Source: Lysobacteraceae bacterium (GTDB lineage Bacteria > Pseudomonadota > Gammaproteobacteria > Xanthomonadales > BPKI01). Taken from it: DNA of 57,458 bases. The DNA lies in the NCBI GenBank assembly GCA_035444205.1, contig DAOMOD010000003.1, forward strand, positions 1,503 through 58,960, written 5' to 3'. Below, one piece after another: positions 14,057 to 22,764 of this stretch. The stretch's first letter is position 1. Every line of letters starts with the position of its first letter. The notes under the pieces are model-generated. The model made no database searches, was not told where the DNA came from, and saw only the letters and a list, made by a program, of their open reading frames with translations. The position numbers and the translations under genes are program-made.

Positions 14057-16368
14057 TACAACCGCTGCTGCAACTCATCCAGCGCCCTGCGCAGACGGCC
14101 GGCGTAGGGCATCGCGGTTTCGATGTGGATGGGCAGGTCGCGCCAGGCGTGAAGCACTTCCTCGATCTCTTCGCCAAGACCCACATGCTCCTCGCCGCCG
14201 GACATGCGCTCGGCCAGGCGTGAGACCTGGTAGTCCATGCGCCGCTGGCGGTCCTCGGCGGGGCTGGCCATGCCGGCCAGGAACTCCAGGCGGACACAGA
14301 GCATGGCAGCGTCGTCGGCGCCTGTGCCTGTGTTCGATTCCTCGCGGTGGCGGGCGTCCGCCTCGGCCAGAAGCGTTTCGAGTCGTGCACGCAATGCCGC
14401 CTGGCGCGCCTCCGCGCGGCGCTGTTCGATCCCCGACTCGGCAGCATCGAAACGACGCCTGAGATCGCCCTCGCGCACGTCGAGTCGGCGCCACTGGCTG
14501 CGCACTTCGCGCAGTTCGGCATCGTCGGGTGCGTTGCCAAGGCTCTCGATGCGGGCGATCAACGCCTCGGCTTCGGCGTGCTGGGCACGGGCCTGAGCCT
14601 CGCGTTCGGCACGCTGGCTGTCGAGTTCCCCGAAGACCCGGTCGCAGGCGGCACGGAAGCGCTTCCACAGGGGCTCCTCGTCGCGCCGCGAGCCCATGCC
14701 GGCGGACTTCCACTCGGCCTGCAGTCGCTTGGCCTCGCGCACCGCCTTGCCCGGCTCGGCGTCGGCGAGCGCTTCCGCCTCGGCCACCAGCGCCTTCTTG
14801 CGCTTCAGGACCTCGGCGTTGGCCGCACCCAGGCGTGCGTCCATGTCGGTGAGCGCCTGCTTGATGGCGGCGATCAGACTGGTTCGCTCGCCCGCCTTCA
14901 GGTTGGCGGCGTCGCGCAGCGTGTCGGTGGCGCGACGGCGCAACGCTCGCAGCGGGCGCAGATCCTCGCCTTCCAGCGCCTGGCCGATCTCGGCGACCAG
15001 TTCCCTGGCGGCCTCGGTATGGTCGCCGCGCAGTGCCTCGCGCTTCTGGAAATAGGTCTTGGCGGGCTTCAGCACGCGATGGCACAAGGCGTGGAAGCGG
15101 CGCGTGATGCCTTCCGGCGCGTCCTCGCCCGCCAGAGTCTCCAGCGCAGTCCACTGCTGGCGCAGTTCGCGAATGCGGGTGGCCAGGGCATCGGGGTGGA
15201 TGCCGGAGTCGATCAGCTTTTCGGCCTCATCGCACAGGCGCGCACGCTGGTCGCGCATCGACCAGCGCTGCCAGCGCAGCATCTCGGCGAGCTTCTGACG
15301 CAGTTCGCCGAAGCGGGCCGCGTCGGCGCCGCGCGGGCGCATGGACAGCAGCATGGACTCGACCTTGCGCGCTTCCTTGACGTGACCTTCGGCCAGCAGG
15401 CTTTCCATGCTTTCCAGTTCGCCGCTGCAGTCGGGAGGCGGCGCCTTGACCCTGGGTCGGGGTGCGGGCAGTGCAGGTTCCTCGGCGGGCGCCGACTCGC
15501 TGACCGCATCGTCCACGGTTGGCTCCGCGGGAGGAGCCGTTTCCTCGGTTGGTGTCGGCTCGGTCGCTACCGGCGCCGCCATCGGTTTCGGCGAAAGCAG
15601 GCCGTCGATCACTTCCAGCGCACCGCAAAAGCGCGCCTGCATGGGGTGGTCCGGCGCGATGCCGAGCGCCCGCCAATGTTCGCGAAGCCGCTGGGCGGCG
15701 GCGGCAAGGTCGCCGCCGGGCCGGCGCATCAGCGCTTCGGCCTCGGCGCAGATTCGCTCACCGTGTTGGCGCATGGCCTGCGGGTCGTCCGCCGCCAGCC
15801 GCGCCTGGTCCAGGCGTTCCATGGCGCTGCGATGGACGCGCTTGTCGGTCTTGCGGGTGGCGTCGGCGATCCGCTGCAGGAGTACGGGATCGGAGATCCG
15901 CGCCAGCGCCTCCAGGCGCAATGCGGCATCGGGATCGCCTGTGGCCGCCTCGACCAGCACCTGGCTGCGTGTCACCCGCGCCAGCGCGGCGCGCCGCACC
16001 TCGACCTCGCGCGCCGTACGCGCCAGCGCTTCCATCTCGCCGGGCTGGCGGATTTCCTCGACCAGCAGCACGCGCTGCTGGATGTCCAGCGTGCTCGGAC
16101 GCTCCCCTGCAAGCTGTCGCAGCGCCAGGTCCAGGGCCTGTCGGCGCAGCGCATCGTCGCCGTCGTCGCGTGAGGCCTCCAGGTAGCGGCGCGGGTCGTC
16201 GAGACGCTTGAGAGCGGCCAGACGGACGCGCGCATCCTCGTCCTCGCGGGCGATCAGGCTGAGCTGCTGCAGGAGTTCGGGGTCGCGGTCGTTGGCGACG
16301 GCGCGCAGGCGCACGGCGGTGTCCTTGCTGCGCCAGTCCGGTCCGAAGAGCATGCGTTTGAGTTTCAT
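14056..16368 (-). CDS. DUF349 domain-containing protein (helical repeat protein of unknown function)
   Basis: The track ORF is 14056-16782. The internal ATG 16368 (MKLKRMLFGPDWRSKD) overlaps the upstream stop as ATGA. Repeated DUF349-type signatures are present, e.g. EPLWKRFRAACDRVFGEL and ITRRFHALCHRVLKPAKTYFQKRE. 770 aa. Confidence 0.8.
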   Translation of the reverse strand: MKLKRMLFGPDWRSKDTAVRLRAVANDRDPELLQQLSLIAREDEDARVRLAALKRLDDPRRYLEASRDDGDDALRRQALDLALRQLAGERPSTLDIQQRVLLVEEIRQPGEMEALARTAREVEVRRAALARVTRSQVLVEAATGDPDAALRLEALARISDPVLLQRIADATRKTDKRVHRSAMERLDQARLAADDPQAMRQHGERICAEAEALMRRPGGDLAAAAQRLREHWRALGIAPDHPMQARFCGALEVIDGLLSPKPMAAPVATEPTPTEETAPPAEPTVDDAVSESAPAEEPALPAPRPRVKAPPPDCSGELESMESLLAEGHVKEARKVESMLLSMRPRGADAARFGELRQKLAEMLRWQRWSMRDQRARLCDEAEKLIDSGIHPDALATRIRELRQQWTALETLAGEDAPEGITRRFHALCHRVLKPAKTYFQKREALRGDHTEAARELVAEIGQALEGEDLRPLRALRRRATDTLRDAANLKAGERTSLIAAIKQALTDMDARLGAANAEVLKRKKALVAEAEALADAEPGKAVREAKRLQAEWKSAGMGSRRDEEPLWKRFRAACDRVFGELDSQRAEREAQARAQHAEAEALIARIESLGNAPDDAELREVRSQWRRLDVREGDLRRRFDAAESGIEQRRAEARQAALRARLETLLAEADARHREESNTGTGADDAAMLCVRLEFLAGMASPAEDRQRRMDYQVSRLAERMSGGEEHVGLGEEIEEVLHAWRDLPIHIETAMPYAGRLRRALDELQQRL

Positions 16369-17582
16369 AGCAGGGCGTCGATGATTCGGTAGCCGGCGAT
16401 GTAGACGCCCAGGGCAGTGCCCAGGCTGGTCATGAGGAAGACAAGAAAGATACGCGCAGCGGCGTTTCGCCACCATCCCGAGACGCGCTGCAAGTCGTCG
16501 CGCAGCGCGCTGAAGTCGGCAACGCGCGGCTTGCGCAACCACAACTCGGTGGCCGCGCTGACCATGCCGGAGGCCAGGGCGGGATGCAAAGGTGTCAGTG
16601 GCGAGGCCAGCGCCGCGCTGACGATGGACAGCGGATGCGCCGCCGCGGCGGCTGCGCCCAGCGCACCGAGCACGGCGGTGATGAGGACCCATTGCCAGAC
16701 CAGACCCGCGCCGATATCCACGCCGCGGGCGAAGCCGATGGCAAAGCCGCCGAGCACGAAGGCGATCAGCAGCCACGGCCACGCGCGCGACAGCCAGCCG
16801 GGCGGCGGTACCCGTTCCAGCCCGGCGCGGGTGGCAACCGGATCGTCGCGGTCGTCGGCGAGATGCGTGGCGAGACCTTCCAGATGGCCCGCGCCGACCA
16901 CCACCAGGACGTGTCGCGCGTCAGACCCGGCGGCGTGCTGGCGCAGGGCCGCGGCCATGTAGCGGTCGCGTTCGGCGATGAGTCCGCGGTACAGCGGCTC
17001 GGATTGCCGGGCGAACTCGCTGAAGGCACTTTCCAGCAGGTCGCCCTGCTTGAGTCTTTCAATCTCCGCCTCGTCGATGGATTCGCCGACCACCAGGCTG
17101 CCGAGCAGTGCGCCGATCAGCTTGCTGCGCTGCCAGAAGCCGGCGCCGCGCCAGGTACGCTTGAGCGTGGTGCCGACGTCCCGGTCGATCAGCCAGCACG
17201 GCAGCCCCAGACTCTCGGCGTCATCCAGCGCCGCCCGCATTTCCGCCCCGGGTTCGACGCCCAGCTGTTCCCCCAGCCGTCGCTGGTAGGCGGCAAGCGC
17301 GAGGCTGGCGGCAACCAGACCGGCCTTGCCCTCGCGGATGACGCTGAACAGGTCAAGGCTGGACAGCGAGGCCGGATCGGCCAGAGCCTGCCGGCGCGCC
17401 GGACACAGCTCCACCGCGACCGCGTCGAACTGCCCACTGGCGAGAGCGGCGCGCACCGCATCGGTGCTGCTCTGCGAAACGTGGGCGGTGCCGAGCAGGG
17501 TGAAGCGCACGCCGTCACGCTCGACCATGCGCAGCGGTTGATTGCGCAGGGTGTCTTCGAGGGTGGCTGCCGCTTCAGTCAC
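16365..17582 (-). CDS. TraB/GumN (Tiki-like) family protein with C-terminal polytopic membrane domain
   Basis: RFTLLGTAHVSQSSTDAV (GTAHVS motif) and VVVGAGHLEGL. The C-terminal ~150 aa are hydrophobic helices. GTG start 17582 overlaps the aguB end by 8 nt; an alternative ATG is at 17528. Confidence 0.8.
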   Translation of the reverse strand: MTEAAATLEDTLRNQPLRMVERDGVRFTLLGTAHVSQSSTDAVRAALASGQFDAVAVELCPARRQALADPASLSSLDLFSVIREGKAGLVAASLALAAYQRRLGEQLGVEPGAEMRAALDDAESLGLPCWLIDRDVGTTLKRTWRGAGFWQRSKLIGALLGSLVVGESIDEAEIERLKQGDLLESAFSEFARQSEPLYRGLIAERDRYMAAALRQHAAGSDARHVLVVVGAGHLEGLATHLADDRDDPVATRAGLERVPPPGWLSRAWPWLLIAFVLGGFAIGFARGVDIGAGLVWQWVLITAVLGALGAAAAAAHPLSIVSAALASPLTPLHPALASGMVSAATELWLRKPRVADFSALRDDLQRVSGWWRNAAARIFLVFLMTSLGTALGVYIAGYRIIDALL

Positions 17583-18453
17583 GGAAGCGCAGCAACAGGT
17601 CGTCGTAGGCGTCGATGCGGCGGTCGCGCAGGAAGGGCCAGATGCGGCGCACCGATTCGCTGCGGCCGCGGTCGAGATCGGCCATCAGCAGGGCCGGTTC
17701 GGCGCCCGCTTCGGCGAGGATCTCGCCCTGCGGGCCGGCGACGAAGCTTGCGCCCCAGAAGTCGATGCCACTCGCGCCGACCGGCGACGGTTCGTGGCCG
17801 ACGCGATTGCAGGACAGCACCGGCAGACCGTTGGCCACGGCATGGCTGCGCTGGATGGTGATCCAGGCATCGCGCTGACGCTGCTTCTCGGCCGGTTCGT
17901 CGCTCGGGTCCCAGCCGATGGCGGTGGGGTACAGCAGCATTTCGGCGCCGGCCAGCGCCATCAGCCGCGCCGCCTCGGGATACCACTGGTCCCAGCACAC
18001 CAGCACGCCGAGGCGGCCAACGGCGGTGTCGACCGGCTCGAAACCGAGGTCGCCGGGAGTGAAGTAGAACTTCTCGTGGAAACCGGGATCGTCGGGAATG
18101 TGCATCTTGCGGTAGACGCCGGCCAGACTGCCGTCGGCATCGAAGACCACCGCACTGTTGTGGTACAGGCCGGGTGCGCGGCGCTCGAACAGGGAGCCGA
18201 CCAGCACCAGACCGGAGTCGCGCGCCAGCGCCGACAGGCGCGCACTGCTGGGGCCGGGAACCGGCTCGGCTCGGTCGAACTCGGCGGTGTCTTCGTGCTG
18301 GCAGAAGTAGGGACCATTGTGCAGTTCCTGCAGCAGCACAAGCTGCGCGCCAGCGGCAGCCGCTTCGCGTACGCGTGCCTCGATCTGCCGAAGATTGGCC
18401 TCGACGCTGCCGTGGTTGCGTTCCTGCACCAGGGCTACACGGATCATGCTCAT
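17575..18453 (-). CDS. aguB: N-carbamoylputrescine amidase (carbon-nitrogen hydrolase)
   Basis: True start MSMIRVALVQE at ATG 18453, which overlaps the aguA stop as ATGA. CN-hydrolase catalytic Cys context LGVLVCWDQWYPE. 292 aa. The upstream part of track ORF 17575-18696 is an Arg-rich artefact. Confidence 0.85.
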   Translation of the reverse strand: MSMIRVALVQERNHGSVEANLRQIEARVREAAAAGAQLVLLQELHNGPYFCQHEDTAEFDRAEPVPGPSSARLSALARDSGLVLVGSLFERRAPGLYHNSAVVFDADGSLAGVYRKMHIPDDPGFHEKFYFTPGDLGFEPVDTAVGRLGVLVCWDQWYPEAARLMALAGAEMLLYPTAIGWDPSDEPAEKQRQRDAWITIQRSHAVANGLPVLSCNRVGHEPSPVGASGIDFWGASFVAGPQGEILAEAGAEPALLMADLDRGRSESVRRIWPFLRDRRIDAYDDLLLRFRD

Positions 18454-19481
18454 CGCAGCACGCCCTCGGGAAGCTGCATGGTGAGGCAATGCAGGCTGCC
18501 GTTCTGTTCGATCAGCGGCCGGCACGAAACCGGTACCACCTCGCGGTCGGGAAAGGCGTGGGCCAGCACCTCCGCCGCACGCGCGTCGGCGGGGTCGTCG
18601 TAGGCCGGCATCAGCACGGCATCGTTCACGATCAGGAAATTGGCGTAGCTGGCCGCCAGACGCCGGCCGTCGGCGGCCTGGATGGGCGCCGGCCACGGCA
18701 GTGGAAACAGGTGGTAGGGGTTGCCGTGTGCGTCCTTCAAGTCGAACAGTTCCAGCGTCATCGCCTTGAGCGACTGAAAATGCTCGTCCCCTTCGTCGTC
18801 GCAGGCCTGGAACACGATGGCACTTTCGCTGGCGAAGCGTGCCAGGGTGTCGACGTGGGCGTCGGTGTCGTCGCCGGCCAGTTCACCCTCGGTGAGCCAG
18901 AGCACGCGCTGGCAGGCCAGCTCACGCTTCAGCACATCCTCGATGGCGGCGCGTTCCAGTCCCGGGTGGCGCCGACTCATGCAGGCCCAGGTGGTGAGCA
19001 GGGTGCCGGCGCCGTCGCAGTCGATGGCGCCGCCTTCCAGGGCGAATTCCACGCGCCGGTGCTCGGCATCACCGAACATGCCGGACGCCACCAGCTCGGC
19101 CACCAGTGCATCGTCACGACCGGCCTCGAACTTTCCGCCCCAGCCGGTGAAACGGAAGTCGAGAACGCGAAAGCGTTCGCCATCGGTCATGGTGATCGGG
19201 CCCGAATCGCGCAGCCATGTGTCATCGTAGGCGGCACTGACCAGGCGCAATCGTGCCGGATCGACGCCGCCCAGCAGGGAACGGGCACGAGCGGCGACCT
19301 GCTCGTCGGCCACGCACAGCACGCAGGTCTCGAAGCGGGCGATGGTAGTCACCAGCTCCACAAAGCTGGCCTCTGCATCGTCGAGATTGGCACTCCAGTC
19401 CGTGCCGGCGTGCGGCCACGCCAGCAGCACGCCGTCCTGCCGGGCCCACTCGGCAGGAAGGCGGAAACCTTGCCCGGACAT
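18450..19481 (-). CDS. aguA: agmatine deiminase
   Basis: PAEWARQDGVLLAWPH N-terminal motif. C-terminal catalytic Cys context NGSLHCLTMQLP. 343 aa. Confidence 0.9.
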   Translation of the reverse strand: MSGQGFRLPAEWARQDGVLLAWPHAGTDWSANLDDAEASFVELVTTIARFETCVLCVADEQVAARARSLLGGVDPARLRLVSAAYDDTWLRDSGPITMTDGERFRVLDFRFTGWGGKFEAGRDDALVAELVASGMFGDAEHRRVEFALEGGAIDCDGAGTLLTTWACMSRRHPGLERAAIEDVLKRELACQRVLWLTEGELAGDDTDAHVDTLARFASESAIVFQACDDEGDEHFQSLKAMTLELFDLKDAHGNPYHLFPLPWPAPIQAADGRRLAASYANFLIVNDAVLMPAYDDPADARAAEVLAHAFPDREVVPVSCRPLIEQNGSLHCLTMQLPEGVLR

Positions 19482-19807
19482 CAGCGTGGCGGGCGCGGGC
19501 CGCGCTCGGCTGCGGTGGCGCGGTTGACGACGCTGTGAATGACCAGCTCGTGCTCGAAATACACGGTGAAGTCGTGATACACCCAGCGCGTGATGGGCGG
19601 TTCGCCCACCGGGCGGAAGCGCTCGATGGGTGGGCCGAAGCGGGATTCCACCTCGGCCATGCGCACACCGTTCTCGGGGCGTTCGATCGGGGCGCTCTGT
19701 TGAACGCGTTCGATCAGCAGCACGTCGGAGCGAACCTGGGCACTGGACAGCTGTGGTGCGATCAGCAACAGGGCCAACAGGGACAGGGAAAGCGGAAGGT
19801 GCTTCAT
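19481..19807 (-). CDS. small exported hypothetical protein (108 aa)
   Basis: Signal peptide MKHLPLSLSLLALLLIAPQLSSAQV. GAGGA RBS 6-7 nt upstream of ATG 19807. Its stop overlaps the aguA start (TGATG). Confidence 0.6.
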   Translation of the reverse strand: MKHLPLSLSLLALLLIAPQLSSAQVRSDVLLIERVQQSAPIERPENGVRMAEVESRFGPPIERFRPVGEPPITRWVYHDFTVYFEHELVIHSVVNRATAAERGPRPPR

Positions 19808-19915
19808 CGGGATCGTCCTCGGCGTCTTGCCAGGGTGATTACGATACGCGATGCCCGTGGCGCTGGCGAGGCATTGCTGCGGTACGGGCTAATCGGGCGT
19901 TCAGCCAGGAAACAG

Positions 19916-19947
19916 GCAAGAAAAAGGCCGGCGTGAAGCCGGCCTTT
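19916..19947 (-). terminator. rho-independent terminator downstream of rpmJ
   Basis: On the minus strand, stem ggccggc / gccggcc with loop ttcac, followed by TTTTTCTT. Confidence 0.75.
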
Positions 19948-19972
19948 CGATGCACAGCGGGGTTAGCGCAGA

Positions 19973-20098
19973 TCAGCGCTGGCGCGCCTTGAAGCGCGGG
20001 TTGCTCTTGCAGATCACGAACACCTTGCCGCGACGGCGCACCACCTTGCAGTCGCGGTGGCGCTGCTTCGCGGACTTGAGCGATGACAGCACTTTCAT
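19973..20098 (-). CDS. rpmJ: 50S ribosomal protein L36 (41 aa, non-zinc C-minus type)
   Basis: Below the ORF-track size cutoff. Manual translation gives [41 protein letters not shown] followed by a stop. GAGGAA RBS upstream. It lacks the CxxC zinc ribbon of type-A L36. Confidence 0.9.
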   Translation of the reverse strand: MKVLSSLKSAKQRHRDCKVVRRRGKVFVICKSNPRFKARQR

Positions 20099-20133
20099 GT
20101 TGATTCCTCGGCTGGAGGTGGGGCAAGCCGGCG

Positions 20134-20162
20134 ATTATAGCGGCTGGCGCCGGTGCTTGGAA
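20134..20162 (-). promoter_or_regulatory. candidate sigma70 promoter for rpmJ
   Basis: On the minus strand, TTCCAA - 17 nt - TATAAT. The perfect -10 lies at 20134-20139, about 35 nt upstream of the rpmJ ATG. Confidence 0.4.
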
Positions 20163-20307
20163 GGCCTTGGCTGTACGGGTGCGTCCCGTCCCGCCATCGG
20201 CATTTCCCCGCCGCTCAGGCGAACCCCGGGCCCTGCGCCTTCAGGACCTTGGAATCCTCCATCGCATGCGCTACGACACCCCGTTTCGCCGCCCTTTCGG
20301 TTGGCCA

Positions 20308-21189
20308 TCACGGCCGCCCGCGAAAATCCAGCCAGATGCCATGCGCCTCGGATGGGGAAAGCAGATGCCGAGGGCCACTGGCCCCGGTGCCTGAAGCATC
20401 CGGCGAGCCCGCGGAGGGATCGACCCAACCCGGCTCCTCGACGCGGAACTCTGCGCCCACGATGGGTCGCCCTTCGTGCGTCCGGTACGCTTTAGGGAGC
20501 ACCACGATTCGTCCGTTCTGCACAAGGTATACTTCGGCTCGAGTCGCATCCGGGGCGAAAACGGATTCTTCCGTCGCGACTGCGCCAAGTGCCACCAGGA
20601 GTCTTCCGAGGCTTGCACGCGACGCCTCGTTCAGGGCGAGCCAGACACCCGTCATCGCGGTGGCTGAGTTGGGGTGAGCGAAGTGTTCTGGCCTGTCGGT
20701 TGGCGAACGGTTGTCCCGAACGAAAAAAATGTAGTCGAGAAGGGGATCGGTCAGGGTGATGAGGCGATCCCCCTCGAATCCGATAGCGGACGACTCGAGC
20801 GCGGCAACCAGAGCGCTGGTGTCCCTTGCATGAAACGAGAGGTACACCGGGCCGTCGCCTCGATGCAGGTGATCGAGGTATTGCCTGGTCAACGGATCGG
20901 TCGCCACGGTGGGCGGCGAAATCAGCTCGATGCCGGAGCCGTCCCTGAACTTCACATGGTGGTTGCGTAACCCGTTCTCATGGCTGCGACCTGGCTTCAA
21001 GGAAAAGCCAAGGCGTCGATAGGTGTTACTGGCCTGGTCAAGGTCCGCGACCACCGTGGGTATGTGATCGAGGCCGATCAGGGATGGCCCGGGTGTCGCG
21101 GCCTCGGCTTCCGCTTGCGCTGATCGGCCGGAAGCAAGCACGAACACAAGCACAAGGCCCGCAAGACGAACATGCAGATGGATGCTCAT
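20308..21189 (-). CDS. secreted VOC (glyoxalase/dioxygenase-like) family protein
   Basis: Internal ATG 21189 gives the signal peptide MSIHLHVRLAGLVLVFVLASGRSAQA. Glyoxalase-like N-terminus GLDHIPTVVADLDQASNTYRRLGF. The G+C content is visibly lower than in the neighbouring genes. Confidence 0.65.
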   Translation of the reverse strand: MSIHLHVRLAGLVLVFVLASGRSAQAEAEAATPGPSLIGLDHIPTVVADLDQASNTYRRLGFSLKPGRSHENGLRNHHVKFRDGSGIELISPPTVATDPLTRQYLDHLHRGDGPVYLSFHARDTSALVAALESSAIGFEGDRLITLTDPLLDYIFFVRDNRSPTDRPEHFAHPNSATAMTGVWLALNEASRASLGRLLVALGAVATEESVFAPDATRAEVYLVQNGRIVVLPKAYRTHEGRPIVGAEFRVEEPGWVDPSAGSPDASGTGASGPRHLLSPSEAHGIWLDFRGRP

Positions 21190-21265
21190 GGTGTCCGGGG
21201 TTGGAGCGGAGCCGGTCCGCCAAGCGGGTTCGGTGGGAGCGGATACCAGGAAACCTGGAACTGGT

Positions 21266-21754
21266 TCAAGACGACTGACCACCCGTCTCGCGAAGCGGAG
21301 AGCCACGGCTCAGGAAATGGTTCATGCGCAGTTCCCAGCCTTGCATGAACGCCCGGTAGTGGTCCTCGGTGAAGGATTCGACAAAGGCATCACCCGCGGG
21401 GCCGAGACTGGTGTGGCAGTAGGTGATGTCGGCTTCCGATCCATCGGGCATGGCGCGCAGTTGGATGGTGAGGCGGCACGCTGTCACTTCCGGCGTGATC
21501 TTCAGCATTTCGACGAAACCAGACGCCGGATCGTGCTGCGTGATGTACCACACCGCGTCGTGTGGCGTGGATGCGGTGACAAACACGCAGTCAGGTTCGG
21601 CAACACCGGAAGAAGACACCACCAGCGATGGATCCCAGCCATCGATCCAGTCCGCCTCGCGCACCGGGCAAAGCAGCGGGAACACCGCTTCAGGCGGTCC
21701 TGCCAATCGCTGGGTGTAGGTGTGAGTGGCCCTGTTGGGTTTGATGATATTCAT
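21266..21754 (-). CDS. SRPBCC-fold (START/polyketide-cyclase-like) protein
   Basis: 162-aa ORF with an ATG start and coding-like composition. The pattern AVFPLLCPVREADWIDGW...VEMLKITPE is reminiscent of SRPBCC family members. The functional call is tentative. Confidence 0.6.
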   Translation of the reverse strand: MNIIKPNRATHTYTQRLAGPPEAVFPLLCPVREADWIDGWDPSLVVSSSGVAEPDCVFVTASTPHDAVWYITQHDPASGFVEMLKITPEVTACRLTIQLRAMPDGSEADITYCHTSLGPAGDAFVESFTEDHYRAFMQGWELRMNHFLSRGSPLRETGGQSS

Positions 21755-21797
21755 GCGTCGATATGGTACGCGCCGCGACTGGCTGCCGGCGAAGGGT

Positions 21798-22763
21798 CTA
21801 TGCGGGCGCCGCCAGGTAGTGCACCGAGAACCACTCGCGCTCGTCGGTCCACACCTGCGCGGGCCGGAACCCGGCGCTTCGCGCCAATGACTGGAAGCCC
21901 GGCACGCTGTACTTGTAGGAACTCTCGCTGTGGATGGACTCGCCCTGCCTGAAATCGAAGCGTTGCCCGGCCACGGTCACCGCTTGATGGGTCTCGCTGA
22001 CCAGGTGCATTTCGATGCGCGAGGCCAGCGGATTGAAGAAGGCATGATGGCGGAAGCGGTCCGGGTCGAAGTTGCCCTCCAGGGCCCGGTTGATGTGTTC
22101 CAGCATGTTGCAGTTGAATGCGGCGGTGACGCCCGCCGCGTCGTTGTACGCGGCGTTCAGCACCGCCTCGTCCTTGACCAGGTCCACGCCGACCAGCATG
22201 CCGCCGCCTCGCAGCCGTTCGGCCCAGGCGGCGAGAAAGGCCTCGGCATCGCAGGGCGCCATGTTGCCGATGGTGGAGCCGGGAAAGAATCCGACCAGTG
22301 GGCCATCGCCAGGGCTGTCCTCCAGCGGCAATGCGGCGTCTTCGCCGTAGTCGGCGACGATGCCGGTCATGGGGATGTGCGGGAAGTCACGCGCCAGCGT
22401 GCGCACGGCCTCGCGCAGTTGCGCGCCGGAAATGTCGATGGCTACGTAGCCGTCGGGCTGGCGCAGCACCCTGAGCAGGGCGCGCGCCTTGCGGTGCGAG
22501 CCCGATCCCAGTTCGACCAGGCGGCAGCCCTCGCCCAATGCGGCGGCGATCTCGCGGCCATGGCGCTGCAGGATGCCGAGCTCGGTGCGCGTGGGGTAGT
22601 ACTCGGGCTGCTCGCAGATGGCCTCGAACAGGCGCGAGCCTTCGGCGTCGTAGAACAGCCACGCCGGCAGGCATTTCGGGACCGTCGCCAGGCCGGTCAG
22701 CACCACCTTGCGCATGTCGGCCAGTTCCGGGGCAAGATCGATGATGGTGGGCTGGGCGTTCAT
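21798..22763 (-). CDS. egtD: L-histidine N-alpha-methyltransferase (ergothioneine biosynthesis)
   Basis: Starts at ATG 22763 (MNAQPTIIDL), 1 nt after the egtB stop. Motifs FEAICEQPEYYPTRTE, LVELGSGS and SESSYKY are typical of EgtD. 321 aa. Confidence 0.88.
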   Translation of the reverse strand: MNAQPTIIDLAPELADMRKVVLTGLATVPKCLPAWLFYDAEGSRLFEAICEQPEYYPTRTELGILQRHGREIAAALGEGCRLVELGSGSHRKARALLRVLRQPDGYVAIDISGAQLREAVRTLARDFPHIPMTGIVADYGEDAALPLEDSPGDGPLVGFFPGSTIGNMAPCDAEAFLAAWAERLRGGGMLVGVDLVKDEAVLNAAYNDAAGVTAAFNCNMLEHINRALEGNFDPDRFRHHAFFNPLASRIEMHLVSETHQAVTVAGQRFDFRQGESIHSESSYKYSVPGFQSLARSAGFRPAQVWTDEREWFSVHYLAAPA

Positions 22764-22764
22764 G

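Noticed and set aside
14347-16173. 608-aa plus-strand ORF opposite the DUF349 gene
   Set aside because: A shadow ORF of low-complexity Ala/Gly/Arg/Leu sequence. The minus frame carries the repeated DUF349 signature and an ATGA-coupled start.
14056-16782. Upstream N-terminal extensions in many track ORFs (e.g. 14056-16782, 17575-18696, 20308-21306, 21798-23291, 33028-33882, 34735-36090, 36142-37581, 54048-55343, 55174-56052)
   Set aside because: The extensions are Arg/Pro/Gly-rich and overlap the upstream gene. They precede internal ATGs that give canonical N-termini, signal peptides or ATGA coupling. The internal starts were used instead.
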